In this document: one piece after another, positions 36,303-46,545 of the stretch
Position numbering within the stretch: position 1 is the first letter of the stretch
Layout of the letters: the number at the start of each line of letters is the position of its first letter
From: Minutocellus sp. GHC0000111
Taxonomy: Eukaryota
DNA length: 64,000 nt
Assembly: GCA_977018835.1 (NCBI GenBank)
Contig: OZ361257.1
Location: forward strand, 5,084,001-5,148,000
Reading direction: 5' to 3'
Notes under the pieces: generated by a model
What the model saw: only the letters and a program-made list of their open reading frames with translations
Database searches by the model: none
Told to the model about the DNA's origin: nothing
Program-made: the position numbers and the translations under genes

Positions 36303-37082
36303 TTTCTCCCAAAAGGTCGTCGATGCGATGGGTGCAAATATGTATGCCAGATCAAGCTAGCCAGTAGCTAGTAGCGTAGCATTGGTGGGTGGGTGGGTGG
36401 GTTTGAATGCGATGTCCATGAGAATTTACACACGCATGTTTCACCGGTGTTGTCAGCAGTTTGCGTCCATAATTTTTAGCTGCCATGACTGCCAGAGAGA
36501 GCAACTTCGTACCGGTAGATCTAGCAGGGCAGGCATGTGCTGCTGAGCGAGGTCGATGATAACCATCCCCATCCTCACATCCACCTTGCATTCGCTGAAA
36601 AATATAACCTTAAGAGGGCGCTGTCCATAACTTTTAGGAAGCCCCCAAAAGGAGTGTTTTGTGCCGTTTTTTCTTCGCACCATCGCCAAAGTTAGCACTC
36701 CAACGTGACAATGGGCTCCTCATCGAAGGCCGCCGCTCTCCACAGTGGCGAAGAGTCATCGACGTTCCTTTCAGCATTAAGTCGGAAATCCCTCCAGGAA
36801 CACTTGGTTCAGAGGAACTTCGATGAATCAACTCTCCCTCAGAAACACGACAGTCGACGCACACATCATCGTCGGATCGACCGAAATTAGTCTCGGCCGA
36901 CGCATGACCAGCATTGGTGGTGCTGGTGGGAAGACATCTTGAAGTTTTGCTGTTGGGAGGTAAGGGGATATTTGTTTGGGGTATTTTTGCACGTCTCCCT
37001 CATTTGGGGTTCTTTTTGTAAGGCTCTCATCGAAAAGCGCATCTTGCGCCAGAACCGACACAAAACAAAACAAAAAACAACC

Positions 37083-39611
37083 ATGGAAACATCACGTGCT
37101 AACGCCAAGGAGGCAATCCTCTCACTCTTGCTCTCATTCCCAGACGACGTCAGATGTACTTACTACACTATTGATGAGCTTGTCCGTATCTTGATGCACG
37201 GTGGCGCATCGCCGAGCTTAGAGATCTCTCTTGTTCGATCATCTCTTCAACACGTCCCAACACGACACGAGGTCAATGTCCAACGACGACGTCCAGAGAA
37301 AATATCAGGCCTTGACGTTGCAAAGCCCTTCTACCGCTTCTCCAGAATAGCCAATAACGCCAGCCCACGCTCTCAACGCAATGGCAAGCGATCACTGCCG
37401 ACCATGCCTGAAAATTGCTTCCAGGACGATGAAAAGCATGGGCCCCATCTCAACGCGATGCTGAAACATCACTCCGACAAGAATTCTTCGGGCGGTCGGT
37501 CATCTACTCCCACCGCCAACGCTACCGATCGTCCCAACATCACCGGCGTGCAGCTCAACGGCAAAAGAATTGTGGTTGAGATGAAGCAGCTGTGTGATTT
37601 CGCACAGAATCTCCACCGATCGTGCGGCAATCTGTGTCTCTCGGCCGAGCCAGTTCGGCGTGGATTCCGCGTTGCATTTGAATGGCGATGCGATAGATGC
37701 AACCAACCTTTTTCTTTTTGCACTTGGATCGGCCAGAGGTCAGAAGTTGTGTGCCCCGGCAGAAAGCATTCTAGAAGTCAGGCTGGAATGAACTTGGAGC
37801 TGATGGAGGCAGCGGAAGATGAGGCCATGTGCGCAAGTCGCTTCATGAATTTCTGCACGAAGGCCGACATCGTCCATCCGACCGAAAAGAATGCCCGACA
37901 GGTGGAAAAGAAATGCAGAGCAGCGGCCATTGAAGCAGCTGATGAAATCATTGACGAGAATAGGGCAAAAGCATATGCCGCTAGCAGCAAGACTGTTGAG
38001 TTTGAACAAGGCGGCGAGATGCACACGGCGGCGGTGGTTGCGGTGGCCCAAGACGGCAGCGCCCTCAAACGCGACTACGGCCATTGCTACACTGGCTCTG
38101 CTGCAGCGGTATTTGCCGTAGACAAGGAAACTGGCCTTGTTGTTGACAAGGGAATCTCTCAGGCAAGCTGCCACTATTGCGTGAGAGCCTGCAATGCAAG
38201 ATTGAGGGAGAGGCGGGAAGCCGGCAATCCAATGACGCCGAGTGAGCTCAAAAACATGAGCAAGGATGAGATACTGGCCCTGTACGACCATGATGGCTTC
38301 TGCTATCGCAACTCTTCCTACTCCCCCGGTGTGGCAGAGGAGCATCTGGCCGAGAATGTTGGACGGAATCTTCTGGTCGACGATGAAGGAAGCGTGCAGG
38401 CGTGTCCTCTTTTCGTTGAGAAGCACGTTGCCGATGGCGATGGCAAAGGCATTACTAGGGCAGCAGCCGCTCAGGAAGACATAGTAGGTGATGAGTTGGC
38501 TTCTGGTGTTGAGCTTTGCCGTGACTTTAATCATCTGAGCAATTCAATTGACTCAGGCTTTCGAAAAGTATGCAAAGGAGTTGAAAATTTTAATGCCATC
38601 CCCCGACCACGCATCAATCGGATGAAACAGGACATTTCGAAGATTACTGATCGGTGCAAGCACAGCGTTCTCGATCAGCCCGATGGTGCTGTGTCCGAGG
38701 AGGAAAAACAAAGTCATCTGGCCCTCCTTCAGAAAGAACTCCAGTCCGTCGTTCGTCACCAATGTGGCATTCACACTTTTTGCACCACCAACACGTGTGA
38801 TTGGATTCGCCTCAGCATTGCTCATCCTGATTGGAGTGATGGCAAGCTCGATGAGGAATGGAGCTCGGGGAATCAATTCGATGGCGACATATTGGAGATT
38901 AGTGACGACACGATTCGCAAGATGACGCTTGAAATAACCAAGAGAATCAACAAGAATACTGCCGACTCCAACTGCAAGAAGGAATCTACCACCGGCGTCG
39001 AACAGCTCAACGGGATGGTGACGAAGTTCACGATGGGGAAAAGGCCGAATTTGACTGCTTCAGACGCCTACCCAAATGCAACAAGTAGAGCCGCTGGCCA
39101 CAAGTCACTGGGTACGGAATTCAATGAGCGAGTTCTTGGAAAGTTGGGATCGAGGGATTCTCCTACCCGAAAAGATGGATTCGATGCAATTGACCGGAAG
39201 CTCGAGGGCGACCTTGCGCGTAAGCGCACCGATGAGTACAAAAAGAGCAAGAGCGACAGCAAGCGCCTTCGAGCAGCCTTGCGAAACAGAAGCGAGAAAG
39301 ACGACAAGGACTATGTGTACAAGAAGAACAGGGCCCTAGCTGCTGGTAAGGCGAAACCAGCAAAGCCTGGCCGCAAGAAGAAGATTGACCAGCAGTGTCA
39401 GAAATGCAAGCAGCTTGGCCACACTCGGGCTGAATGTCAATGCGACGATGCTGACGACGTTGTCGTTTACGCCGGAAAGAAGCGCAGAAGCCCAGGCAGC
39501 AACAAGAAATCTGCAAGAAATAATAAGAAAGCTAAGACAAACTTCGGTGTATCGGCAAATGATGTTAGCTCTTGGATGCCGGCGATACTGAGAGAAAATG
39601 GCAGCTTGTAA
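37083..39611 (+). CDS. Kolobok DDE transposase with a C-terminal CCHC knuckle
   Basis: 'VAVAQDGS…KR…G…TGLVVD' (D1), 'CHYC…H…C..N', 'ADGDG' (D2), 'NH', 'TTGVEQLN' (E), 'CQKCKQLGHTRAEC'. Uninterrupted ORF from ATG 37083. Confidence 0.85.
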   Translation: METSRANAKEAILSLLLSFPDDVRCTYYTIDELVRILMHGGASPSLEISLVRSSLQHVPTRHEVNVQRRRPEKISGLDVAKPFYRFSRIANNASPRSQRNGKRSLPTMPENCFQDDEKHGPHLNAMLKHHSDKNSSGGRSSTPTANATDRPNITGVQLNGKRIVVEMKQLCDFAQNLHRSCGNLCLSAEPVRRGFRVAFEWRCDRCNQPFSFCTWIGQRSEVVCPGRKHSRSQAGMNLELMEAAEDEAMCASRFMNFCTKADIVHPTEKNARQVEKKCRAAAIEAADEIIDENRAKAYAASSKTVEFEQGGEMHTAAVVAVAQDGSALKRDYGHCYTGSAAAVFAVDKETGLVVDKGISQASCHYCVRACNARLRERREAGNPMTPSELKNMSKDEILALYDHDGFCYRNSSYSPGVAEEHLAENVGRNLLVDDEGSVQACPLFVEKHVADGDGKGITRAAAAQEDIVGDELASGVELCRDFNHLSNSIDSGFRKVCKGVENFNAIPRPRINRMKQDISKITDRCKHSVLDQPDGAVSEEEKQSHLALLQKELQSVVRHQCGIHTFCTTNTCDWIRLSIAHPDWSDGKLDEEWSSGNQFDGDILEISDDTIRKMTLEITKRINKNTADSNCKKESTTGVEQLNGMVTKFTMGKRPNLTASDAYPNATSRAAGHKSLGTEFNERVLGKLGSRDSPTRKDGFDAIDRKLEGDLARKRTDEYKKSKSDSKRLRAALRNRSEKDDKDYVYKKNRALAAGKAKPAKPGRKKKIDQQCQKCKQLGHTRAECQCDDADDVVVYAGKKRRSPGSNKKSARNNKKAKTNFGVSANDVSSWMPAILRENGSL

Positions 39612-39715
39612 ACACGTGTAAAATATTTTATCACTGTAAATAAAAATGGATTTATTGTGTGCTGTTACTCACGTGCTACGCACATTCTTGTTATCTACAT
39701 GTGTTGAGGTAATGA

Positions 39716-40945
39716 TTATGCATTTTCCTCTTCTTCTTCCTCTTCATCTTGATGACCAGGGATGAATCCAACATATCGTTCACCTTTATCATTTGGATAA
39801 ATGAACCTAATGCAAAAGACTAGACAGGTTGGCAAGGGCTTCCGATCAAGCCAACCTCTCACATGATACACCTCAGTTGCATAGTACCAATACAGCATGT
39901 TCCTCTTCAAATTATTTGCCATGGCTTCGACTGGCATGGTGGTTGCGTAGTATTTGTCAGCGATATCCTCCAGGTCCTCCTCCGTCGGCACCAGCATTTC
40001 TTCGCAGACGCATTTCTGAAAGAAGAGTGTGCCGTACATTGAGCAGCTTCGGTTGGCGGCAGTGCAGCAAGCAGGGGGTATTGGCGGCCTCTCTCTGGTC
40101 TCGTCCCAATTACCGAATGTGTCTGCCTCCGGCGCTGCCGTCGGATCATCGTCGGCTTCCTCACAAACGGCCGCAACAAGAGCATCCGTGTCCGATCTGA
40201 TCGCTGCTGATGGCCCACCATCTACCTGCAGAAGTTGGCCCATTCCAACAATATCAAAATCAACTAGTCCAATCCCAGCAGTAGAGTGTATGTCATCATA
40301 TGGAGCCACATGCCATCGTTGGAACTTTGTCAATTTGATCACATGGCCCTGTTGTAGACTTCGGGCCTTTTCGGTAATTGTCAGGGCAACACGAGCGACG
40401 ATAAGCTTTCCGCTTCCATCAAGCAAAGTAAGCGATGTGGTGTTGAAAGGTCGGCCGTGCGCAGCAAGAGCCGATCCAATATCGATCCGTTTCCCATGAA
40501 GTTGAAATATAGGGAAGAATTCAGGTCCGGCGTCAAACATGGGATCTTGCAATTGATCGACGATGCCGACCGTCAGCCTCAACTTCACATCAGCCACGGA
40601 CAGGTTGGTAACTACGAGGCCGGGCCGCTCAGCAGCGACATCAATATCATCCCGAACATGATACTTATCAGCGCGAGCCTCGACTGCTTTGACAAGATGT
40701 TGAAGTGCATGGCCGACGCCGGGATTGTTCCATAATTCTCGTCCTTGTCCGTTCGGGTCGTTCTCCAACGTGACGGCGAGGCCCTCCAGTATCTCGGTAA
40801 CGGCGTCTTTCGCTTTGTCCTCCGCCTTCTCTTTCTTCTTGTCAACAGGCAAAATCGGGCGACCGGAGTTATCTGTCTTGAGTTTCCGCAACCGCGTATC
40901 TGCGTTGTGGGCCGGGCCGGCACTATTATCAGCGCTGCGCTTCAT
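39716..40945 (-). CDS. KolX-like accessory protein of the Kolobok element, with a putative OB-fold upstream
   Basis: C-terminal 'RKPLPTCLVFCIRFIYP…G.RYVGF' fits the KolX / P2X7-ballast-like motif R..LP.C.V..IR..(F/Y)P…Y.GF. Convergent with the transposase and inside the TIRs. Confidence 0.75.
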   Translation of the reverse strand: MKRSADNSAGPAHNADTRLRKLKTDNSGRPILPVDKKKEKAEDKAKDAVTEILEGLAVTLENDPNGQGRELWNNPGVGHALQHLVKAVEARADKYHVRDDIDVAAERPGLVVTNLSVADVKLRLTVGIVDQLQDPMFDAGPEFFPIFQLHGKRIDIGSALAAHGRPFNTTSLTLLDGSGKLIVARVALTITEKARSLQQGHVIKLTKFQRWHVAPYDDIHSTAGIGLVDFDIVGMGQLLQVDGGPSAAIRSDTDALVAAVCEEADDDPTAAPEADTFGNWDETRERPPIPPACCTAANRSCSMYGTLFFQKCVCEEMLVPTEEDLEDIADKYYATTMPVEAMANNLKRNMLYWYYATEVYHVRGWLDRKPLPTCLVFCIRFIYPNDKGERYVGFIPGHQDEEEEEEENA

Positions 40946-41083
40946 CGTAATGAAGAGGGGGCAGAGCGGCGATTCTCATGGTGGGGTCGAGTTTTTGTCA
41001 TGCTTCGCTCGTCATAAGAAATAAGAATAAGGGGGATTAAAACGGGGAAAATTATGGACAGCGCCCTCTTAAAAAGGAACAAT

Positions 41084-41130
41084 TGAAGAAGAAGAAGAAG
41101 AAGAAAAAAAAGCAAGAAGAAGAAAAAAGA
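41084..41130 (+). repeat. (GAA)n / poly-purine tract
   Basis: gaagaagaagaagaagaagaaaaaaaagcaagaagaagaaaaaag directly right of the transposon. Confidence 0.8.
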
Positions 41131-41288
41131 ATAAGGATTGATGATTTTTCGGATGAGACTGCACATTGCAGCGGCAGATGTTGCAATCGACCAGCACTGG
41201 TGCTGCTGACTACAATCGACTTTGCATCGCATGCCATAAAACATATTTTAGAGAGCGATAGAGCATAAAATAATATCAAAGATGATGG

Positions 41289-42046
41289 CTACGAGGTCCG
41301 GGACAGCAATTTCGGGGACCCGGTTTTTTGGGTCTTTGGACTTTCCGACACGGCGGTTTGCGCATCCTTCATTTTGTTCCTTTTCTTCTCGGCATCGGCC
41401 ATGGCCTTTTCATCCTTCCGCTTTTCTCGTTTCAAGGTATCCCTTAGCCCTTTCAAAGCCTCCTCTGCAGCTTTGCATTGCGCTTCGGCCTCAACCAGCA
41501 GCACATCCAAATTCTCCTCGGTCGATCCACCAGAATTGGCGGTGCCGGCAGCAGAAACACCGACACTGGCAGGATTTTGCCAGATTCTTCACTGTTGCCG
41601 CTTCCATCCACCACCATGGACTCGGCGATGCCCCCAGCTTCGACATTATCATCACCAGGACGAGCAGCGATACCAGCATTGTCCTCGACCGTCGGCTCAG
41701 GGCTGGCATCGGCATCATTGGATGACGAATTGCGCCGAGCAATTTGAACTTGAGAAATCGGCACATCTTGTGCCGGATCAGGACCGGTCTGGCTCGGACA
41801 GCACAGCTCCTCCTCTCGGGCTTGCTCCATAATATCCTGCTGTTTCTGAAGTGAGAGGCCCGCCCATGCCCGGTTCGCTATGGTCTGGATCATCCCAGGA
41901 GAGTTGCCACGAATCGTAGAGGCGTCGATGGTGCCGCTCCGATGGACAAAACAATCAAAGCATGGGATGGAGCTGCCGGACCGACGGGAGCGGCGACATG
42001 CTGGCGCATCAGCTGCGGTGGCAGCAGTAGTAACAGCCATTTGCAT
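41289..42046 (-). pseudogene. Hypothetical gene (weak HMG-box-like segment, acidic linker, coiled coil) split by a frameshift near 41550
   Basis: Overlapping ORFs 41453-42046 and 41289-41510 read as one protein-like sequence. Confidence 0.35.
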
Positions 42047-42555
42047 TAATAATATGGTGTTGGATGCAGTATTTTGTGGCAGCAGAGCAACAGTTTGTGT
42101 GTCGGGTGGGTTGGAAATGAGGAAGGTTTCATTGAGTGGCGGGCGCGCCGGGCGGGTGATGATTTTTTTGGCCCGCTCGATTTTGGCGCGGGGTCACCCG
42201 GACCGCATAAGATACGCCATTATGGGGACCATGGAGACTGATATCGGAGCTCAAACCATATGGCTACTTGAATCAATGCATTTGGGAGGTGGTGGTGGGG
42301 TCGGGAGGTGGAGGAGGTGACCGGTTGTCATCGGAAAAACTGGCAGAAGTCGGGAGGGGCGATGGATGGGGTGAATCGGCCAGACGCTGGCATGGGAAGA
42401 TGAAATCGATATCTCCGAGTCGGTCCAAGGTCAAGGACCAACCCGTTCTGGAGATACCACGCTTATCCCTTGCGTGAAGCGGATGCCGTCGGCACTGCCG
42501 TCACCGCCATCTTGAATCACCATCGCTAGTAGCAACGGCCGGGAGGAAAAAGTTC

Positions 42556-44071
42556 ATGGCCGACCCCCGAGGAGAGGGTTGAAAGCCACCATTGTGCTGG
42601 CATTGCCCTTTGTAGCCGTCCTCGCTGCGCCTGTCGTGTTTTATCTCAAATTGCAGCTGCTAGCCTTCTCCTCGGGCAATGTCAACAATAGCAACGAACG
42701 GGTATTGTTCAACGCACAAAGTGGACATGCAATGCGGCGGAGCAGTGCTATTGTACCACGGTCCAGACCACGAACCGCAATCGATCTCAAGCCAGGGGAA
42801 CAGCCACCACCGATTGCGTCGCGACGGAGGGAGGTGCGGAACAGAAGTTCCATTATGATGACTGATGACTTTCGAGAACAGTTGGAGGATTCGCATGACT
42901 ACGACAAGAAGACGAGGGACCCGCTGTACGAGGGGGACTGCGTACCAATGCGAAAATGGCAGGAGCAACTTTTTCCCAATTGCAATCGCTTCCACGAGTT
43001 GGACGTATCGACAGTCCATTCCTCGTGGCTGGTGGAAAAGGATGGAAAGTTTGAGGGAAGAATTGCCAAGAGATTTGGCAAGATCAACAGTGGTGGATAC
43101 AACGATGTATTCAGGTTTCACTTGGACCCGCCCATGGAGGAGGACATTGTCCTCAAGGCACTCAACTATGGCACCGAGTTTACCGATCGAAACTTTGATC
43201 GTGTCCGACGAGATGCGCTGATCGCCGAGAGGGGAACCTTTAGCAAGTATATGGTGGATATCAATGGGCATTGCGGTCTCTCCCTGCTGACACCGTACGG
43301 GGCGGATGGAACCCTCAATCATTACACGAGTTCAAAAGCCGATCCCGTGGAAAAGCTCCGGATGGCCCGACATGCGGCATTTGGCATTGCCGATGCTCAC
43401 AATTTAGACCATGATGGAATTTCATCGATAACGCAGGGTGATTTGAAGCTTGACCAATATCTTTATGTTGATGGATATTTTAAGCTTGGCGATTTCAACA
43501 GAGGGCGATTCCGTGAGTTAAAAGATATGCTCTGTTTGTTCCTTGCGATGGACTCGCATGCATGTTTCACCAAACTTATCTCTGCCATTTTGCACCTTTC
43601 CCCCCAACTACGTAATATGATAATGTATGAACAGTGCGAAAGAATAAGATTACAGGAGAAGCATGCACATATTCAATTGGCAATAACGACGCGAAGTATC
43701 GTTCTCCAGAAGAGTATAGATACGATCCAGAGACGGCAAAAATTGACGTATGGGCGCTTGGGTCCATGTTGCACGTGATATTGACTGACAAGGGCGTGTG
43801 GGCCGGAGTTTCGGAAAAGAAAGCCCAGAAGAGGATCGCCAATAATGAAAGTCCTCCTCTTGATGATAAGTGGGAGGAATCCACCGATCCAGTCGATAAA
43901 TTATTGGTCATGGTTATGTACGAGTGGTGCTTTGTGGCCGATCCCGAAAAGAGACCGAGTGCACCGGAAGTCGCAAATTTTTTGGAGCAGGAAAGTGAGA
44001 AGATTTTGAAGGAAATGGGAATGTCCGAAGAAGAGATGAAGGATGATAGAATACAGCTAGTTCGTGATTAA
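42556..44071 (+). CDS. Membrane-anchored/secretory-pathway protein kinase-like gene; intron 43513-43634; probable 1-bp frameshift just after ATG 42556
   Basis: TM anchor, 'INSGGYNDVF', 'IVLK', 'QGDLKLDQY', 'KLGDFN', 'YRSPEE', 'DVWALG', 'RPSA'. Confidence 0.8.
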
Positions 44072-44118
44072 GTATAGGATTGCTTAGCTTTTATTCAATT
44101 CGTTATCTGGAAAAAGTG

Positions 44119-46377
44119 CTAAACCTCAATGATGTCTCTATTCCCACGCGTTGATGTAGGTGATGGTGTCAGAGATCTCTCGGTACCATCATCTCTGTTT
44201 GGGTCCACTTGTCGTCCCTCGCCCAGAACATCTTCATTGAAATCAGCCCAATCTTCTTCCTCTTCATATACTGTTTCAATACCTTCTGTCATATATGATT
44301 CTTGCCCAAGAGACCGAGAGCTGACTTCATACTTCATGTGTTGCCCTCGATCGCTTCGTCCGTCACGCCTTTCGATTTCGTCTTCATCAGATTCGGCGTC
44401 TACATTTCCATCGTCGTTGGGCCGTTCTCCGAAGCGTTCGTCTGTAGTTTCCAGCGAAGCGTCGTCTTCGCCATCAGAGTCGTAGTTCAAATTATCCTTC
44501 CGCACACTTCGCATAGCCTCTACACGGTCTGTCTTTGCCTTGGCAGCATTGTGATACTTTTCAACGATTGGCGAAGAAGAGCTGTTTTTCTTCTTTTGCC
44601 ACGAAACTCAAGATGCAAGAGAGAAGACATTTCTCGGGTCCCTACGCTTTTAATGGTATCGAGACGGGTACCATTATCCTCGCCAAAATTATACCACCCA
44701 GTCGGGGGCTCAGTTTTACCACTCTTGCTCACGTAGTCTCTCGTCGACTCAGGGTGAGAAGTGCTCTTGATTCCTTCACAGAACTGAAGCTGTGAGGCAA
44801 CGGCATGGACCCATCTAATTTCTTTCTTTTTCTCTTCTTCGTCCCTTTCAATGTTGCGGGTATGGCTCCATCTTCCTTCGATGTAGATGATATAGTTTAT
44901 GTCACGAGAATCAAACGCAACCTTGGATGCTGCGATCTCATTGATTGCTCCACCAGCTGACGAAATGACAATTCGAGACTCGCTATTGGGAGCATCACCC
45001 ATGGTTGCCTTCGTAAGTATGTCCACAACATTCTCATTCATCGTTGACGCATATTTGCATGTGTTGTAAACATTTCCAGGTGAAAACAGCACATCGCCGA
45101 GAGATTGGATCCCGTCGCAGAACGGAACCATGCGAAACTTTGATCGGATTCTCATCGGAGAGCCAAATTTGCCGGTTCCCTTCTGCAAGACGGAAAGCCC
45201 AGGGGTTCGATCCCAGCTAACAGGTAATTCGTCTTGTGAATTCGTCGAACCACTAAGACGGGATAGTTCTCGAACCAAAGACTTGCGCTTCAAAACGTCG
45301 TGAAAGTACTCTAAATGGTCCGCAGACTGAGGAATGACCTCAGTATCGATGCTTGAGCCCAAGAAGGATACCATTTTCCAATCTGTCCTCATCACAATGT
45401 GCGAATAGACTTCGTTTGGTGCATCATGGATCCAATCTGCCCATTTCGCCACAATCTTCCTTCTTGCCTTTGCGCCGGGCGATGATAAGTCATAGGTTAG
45501 GAGGCCGGCATTTTGGATTGGGTAACAACGCAAAGTCAACTGCGTCACAACTCCAATGCCGCCACCGCCACCGCCACCGCACAAGCTCCAGTACAGGTCC
45601 TCATTCTTGCTGGGTGAGCAACGCTTCAGCCTGCCATCGGCAATTATCAGCTCTGCACTAACAATGTTATCGCATGCCAAGCCAAATTTGCGCGAAGCAT
45701 AGCCATAACCGCCACCCAGGACAGTGCCAACGACGCCCAGCCGGCCAACCGTTCCAGTCACCGCCATTAGACCATGCTTGGCCAGTTCATCGTCCAGCTC
45801 GTATATTCGCGTCCCTCCCTGTACCGTCACAGTCCCGGCGTCGGCGTCAACGTCAACTCCGTTCATTCGCGATAGATCCAGAACAATGCTACCCTCCATC
45901 ATGGCATTCATGGAATTGCGACCACCGCTCACGCACAATCGAGGAATGCCAAGATTGGCACCGGTCTTCTTGATCTCGGCGAGAGTGTTCTTGACACCAG
46001 TTTGATAGCCTTTGACGATGGCAGAGACCTCCGCCGTGCGCTTGGGTTGGATGATCAGGCAGGGATGGCATATCGACGAGTAGTTGTAGACATCCATTCT
46101 TTCCAGCTCGTATCGATCCGTCCCGGGAAACAGGATGCGAAAATTCTGTCCACGGCGTCGGTTGGATTCGATTGCCGCTACAAAGATGTCTTGAACGCCA
46201 ACGTCGCCACGAAACTCGTGGTACGTTGAGGGGGGACGGGCGACCGGAGAGCTCGCCATGATTGTTTAGGATTCTTTCCAAGGTATGTTCACTGTTGTCG
46301 CTGCTGCCTACCACACCTTCTTTGACTGCTTCGAGCTTGCTCTTGGCTTGGCGCATCTCGTTATCAATTTGGCTCAT
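44119..46377 (-). pseudogene. FAD-linked oxidase (berberine bridge enzyme / FAD_binding_4-like), disrupted
   Basis: 'PCLIIQP', 'VSGGRN', 'VLDLSRMN', 'GTVLGGGYG…FGLACDNI', 'DLYWSLCGGGG'. The 'DPRNVF' motif is in a shifted frame. Frameshifts near 46260 and 44650; in-frame TGA at 44608-44610. Confidence 0.8.
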
Positions 46378-46545
46378 TCATCGTAATCGTGGGACTCACT
46401 GGCGGGAACCCGAAAAGAAGAGGGTTGAAGTGGCACAACTCATGCAGGAGCATCGTCAGCAGAAAAAATGAGGTGGCTTGCCGGCATGCCGCCCCCCCGC
46501 CGCCCCGCCATCTGAGACCCATTCATTCCTCCGACTGCCACCAAG

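Larger units (their letters stand above)
36614..41068. mobile_element. Full-length autonomous Kolobok-superfamily DNA transposon (4,455 bp)
   Basis: Perfect 17-bp TIRs GAGGGCGCTGTCCATAA (36614-36630 / 41052-41068); TTAA on both sides (36610-36613, 41069-41072); RR…YY termini; two tail-to-tail ORFs (transposase and KolX). Confidence 0.9.

Noticed and set aside
36610..41072. piggyBac or Mutator assignment for the transposon
   Set aside because: Termini are GA…TC rather than CC…GG, there is no 9-bp target duplication, and the KolX-like gene and transposase motifs fit Kolobok.
1164..44610. Alternative genetic code or selenocysteine explaining in-frame TGA/TAG
   Set aside because: TAA, TAG and TGA all terminate intact genes here. 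The stops are not at catalytic Cys positions, the same genes also have frameshifts, and the GPx uses TGC.
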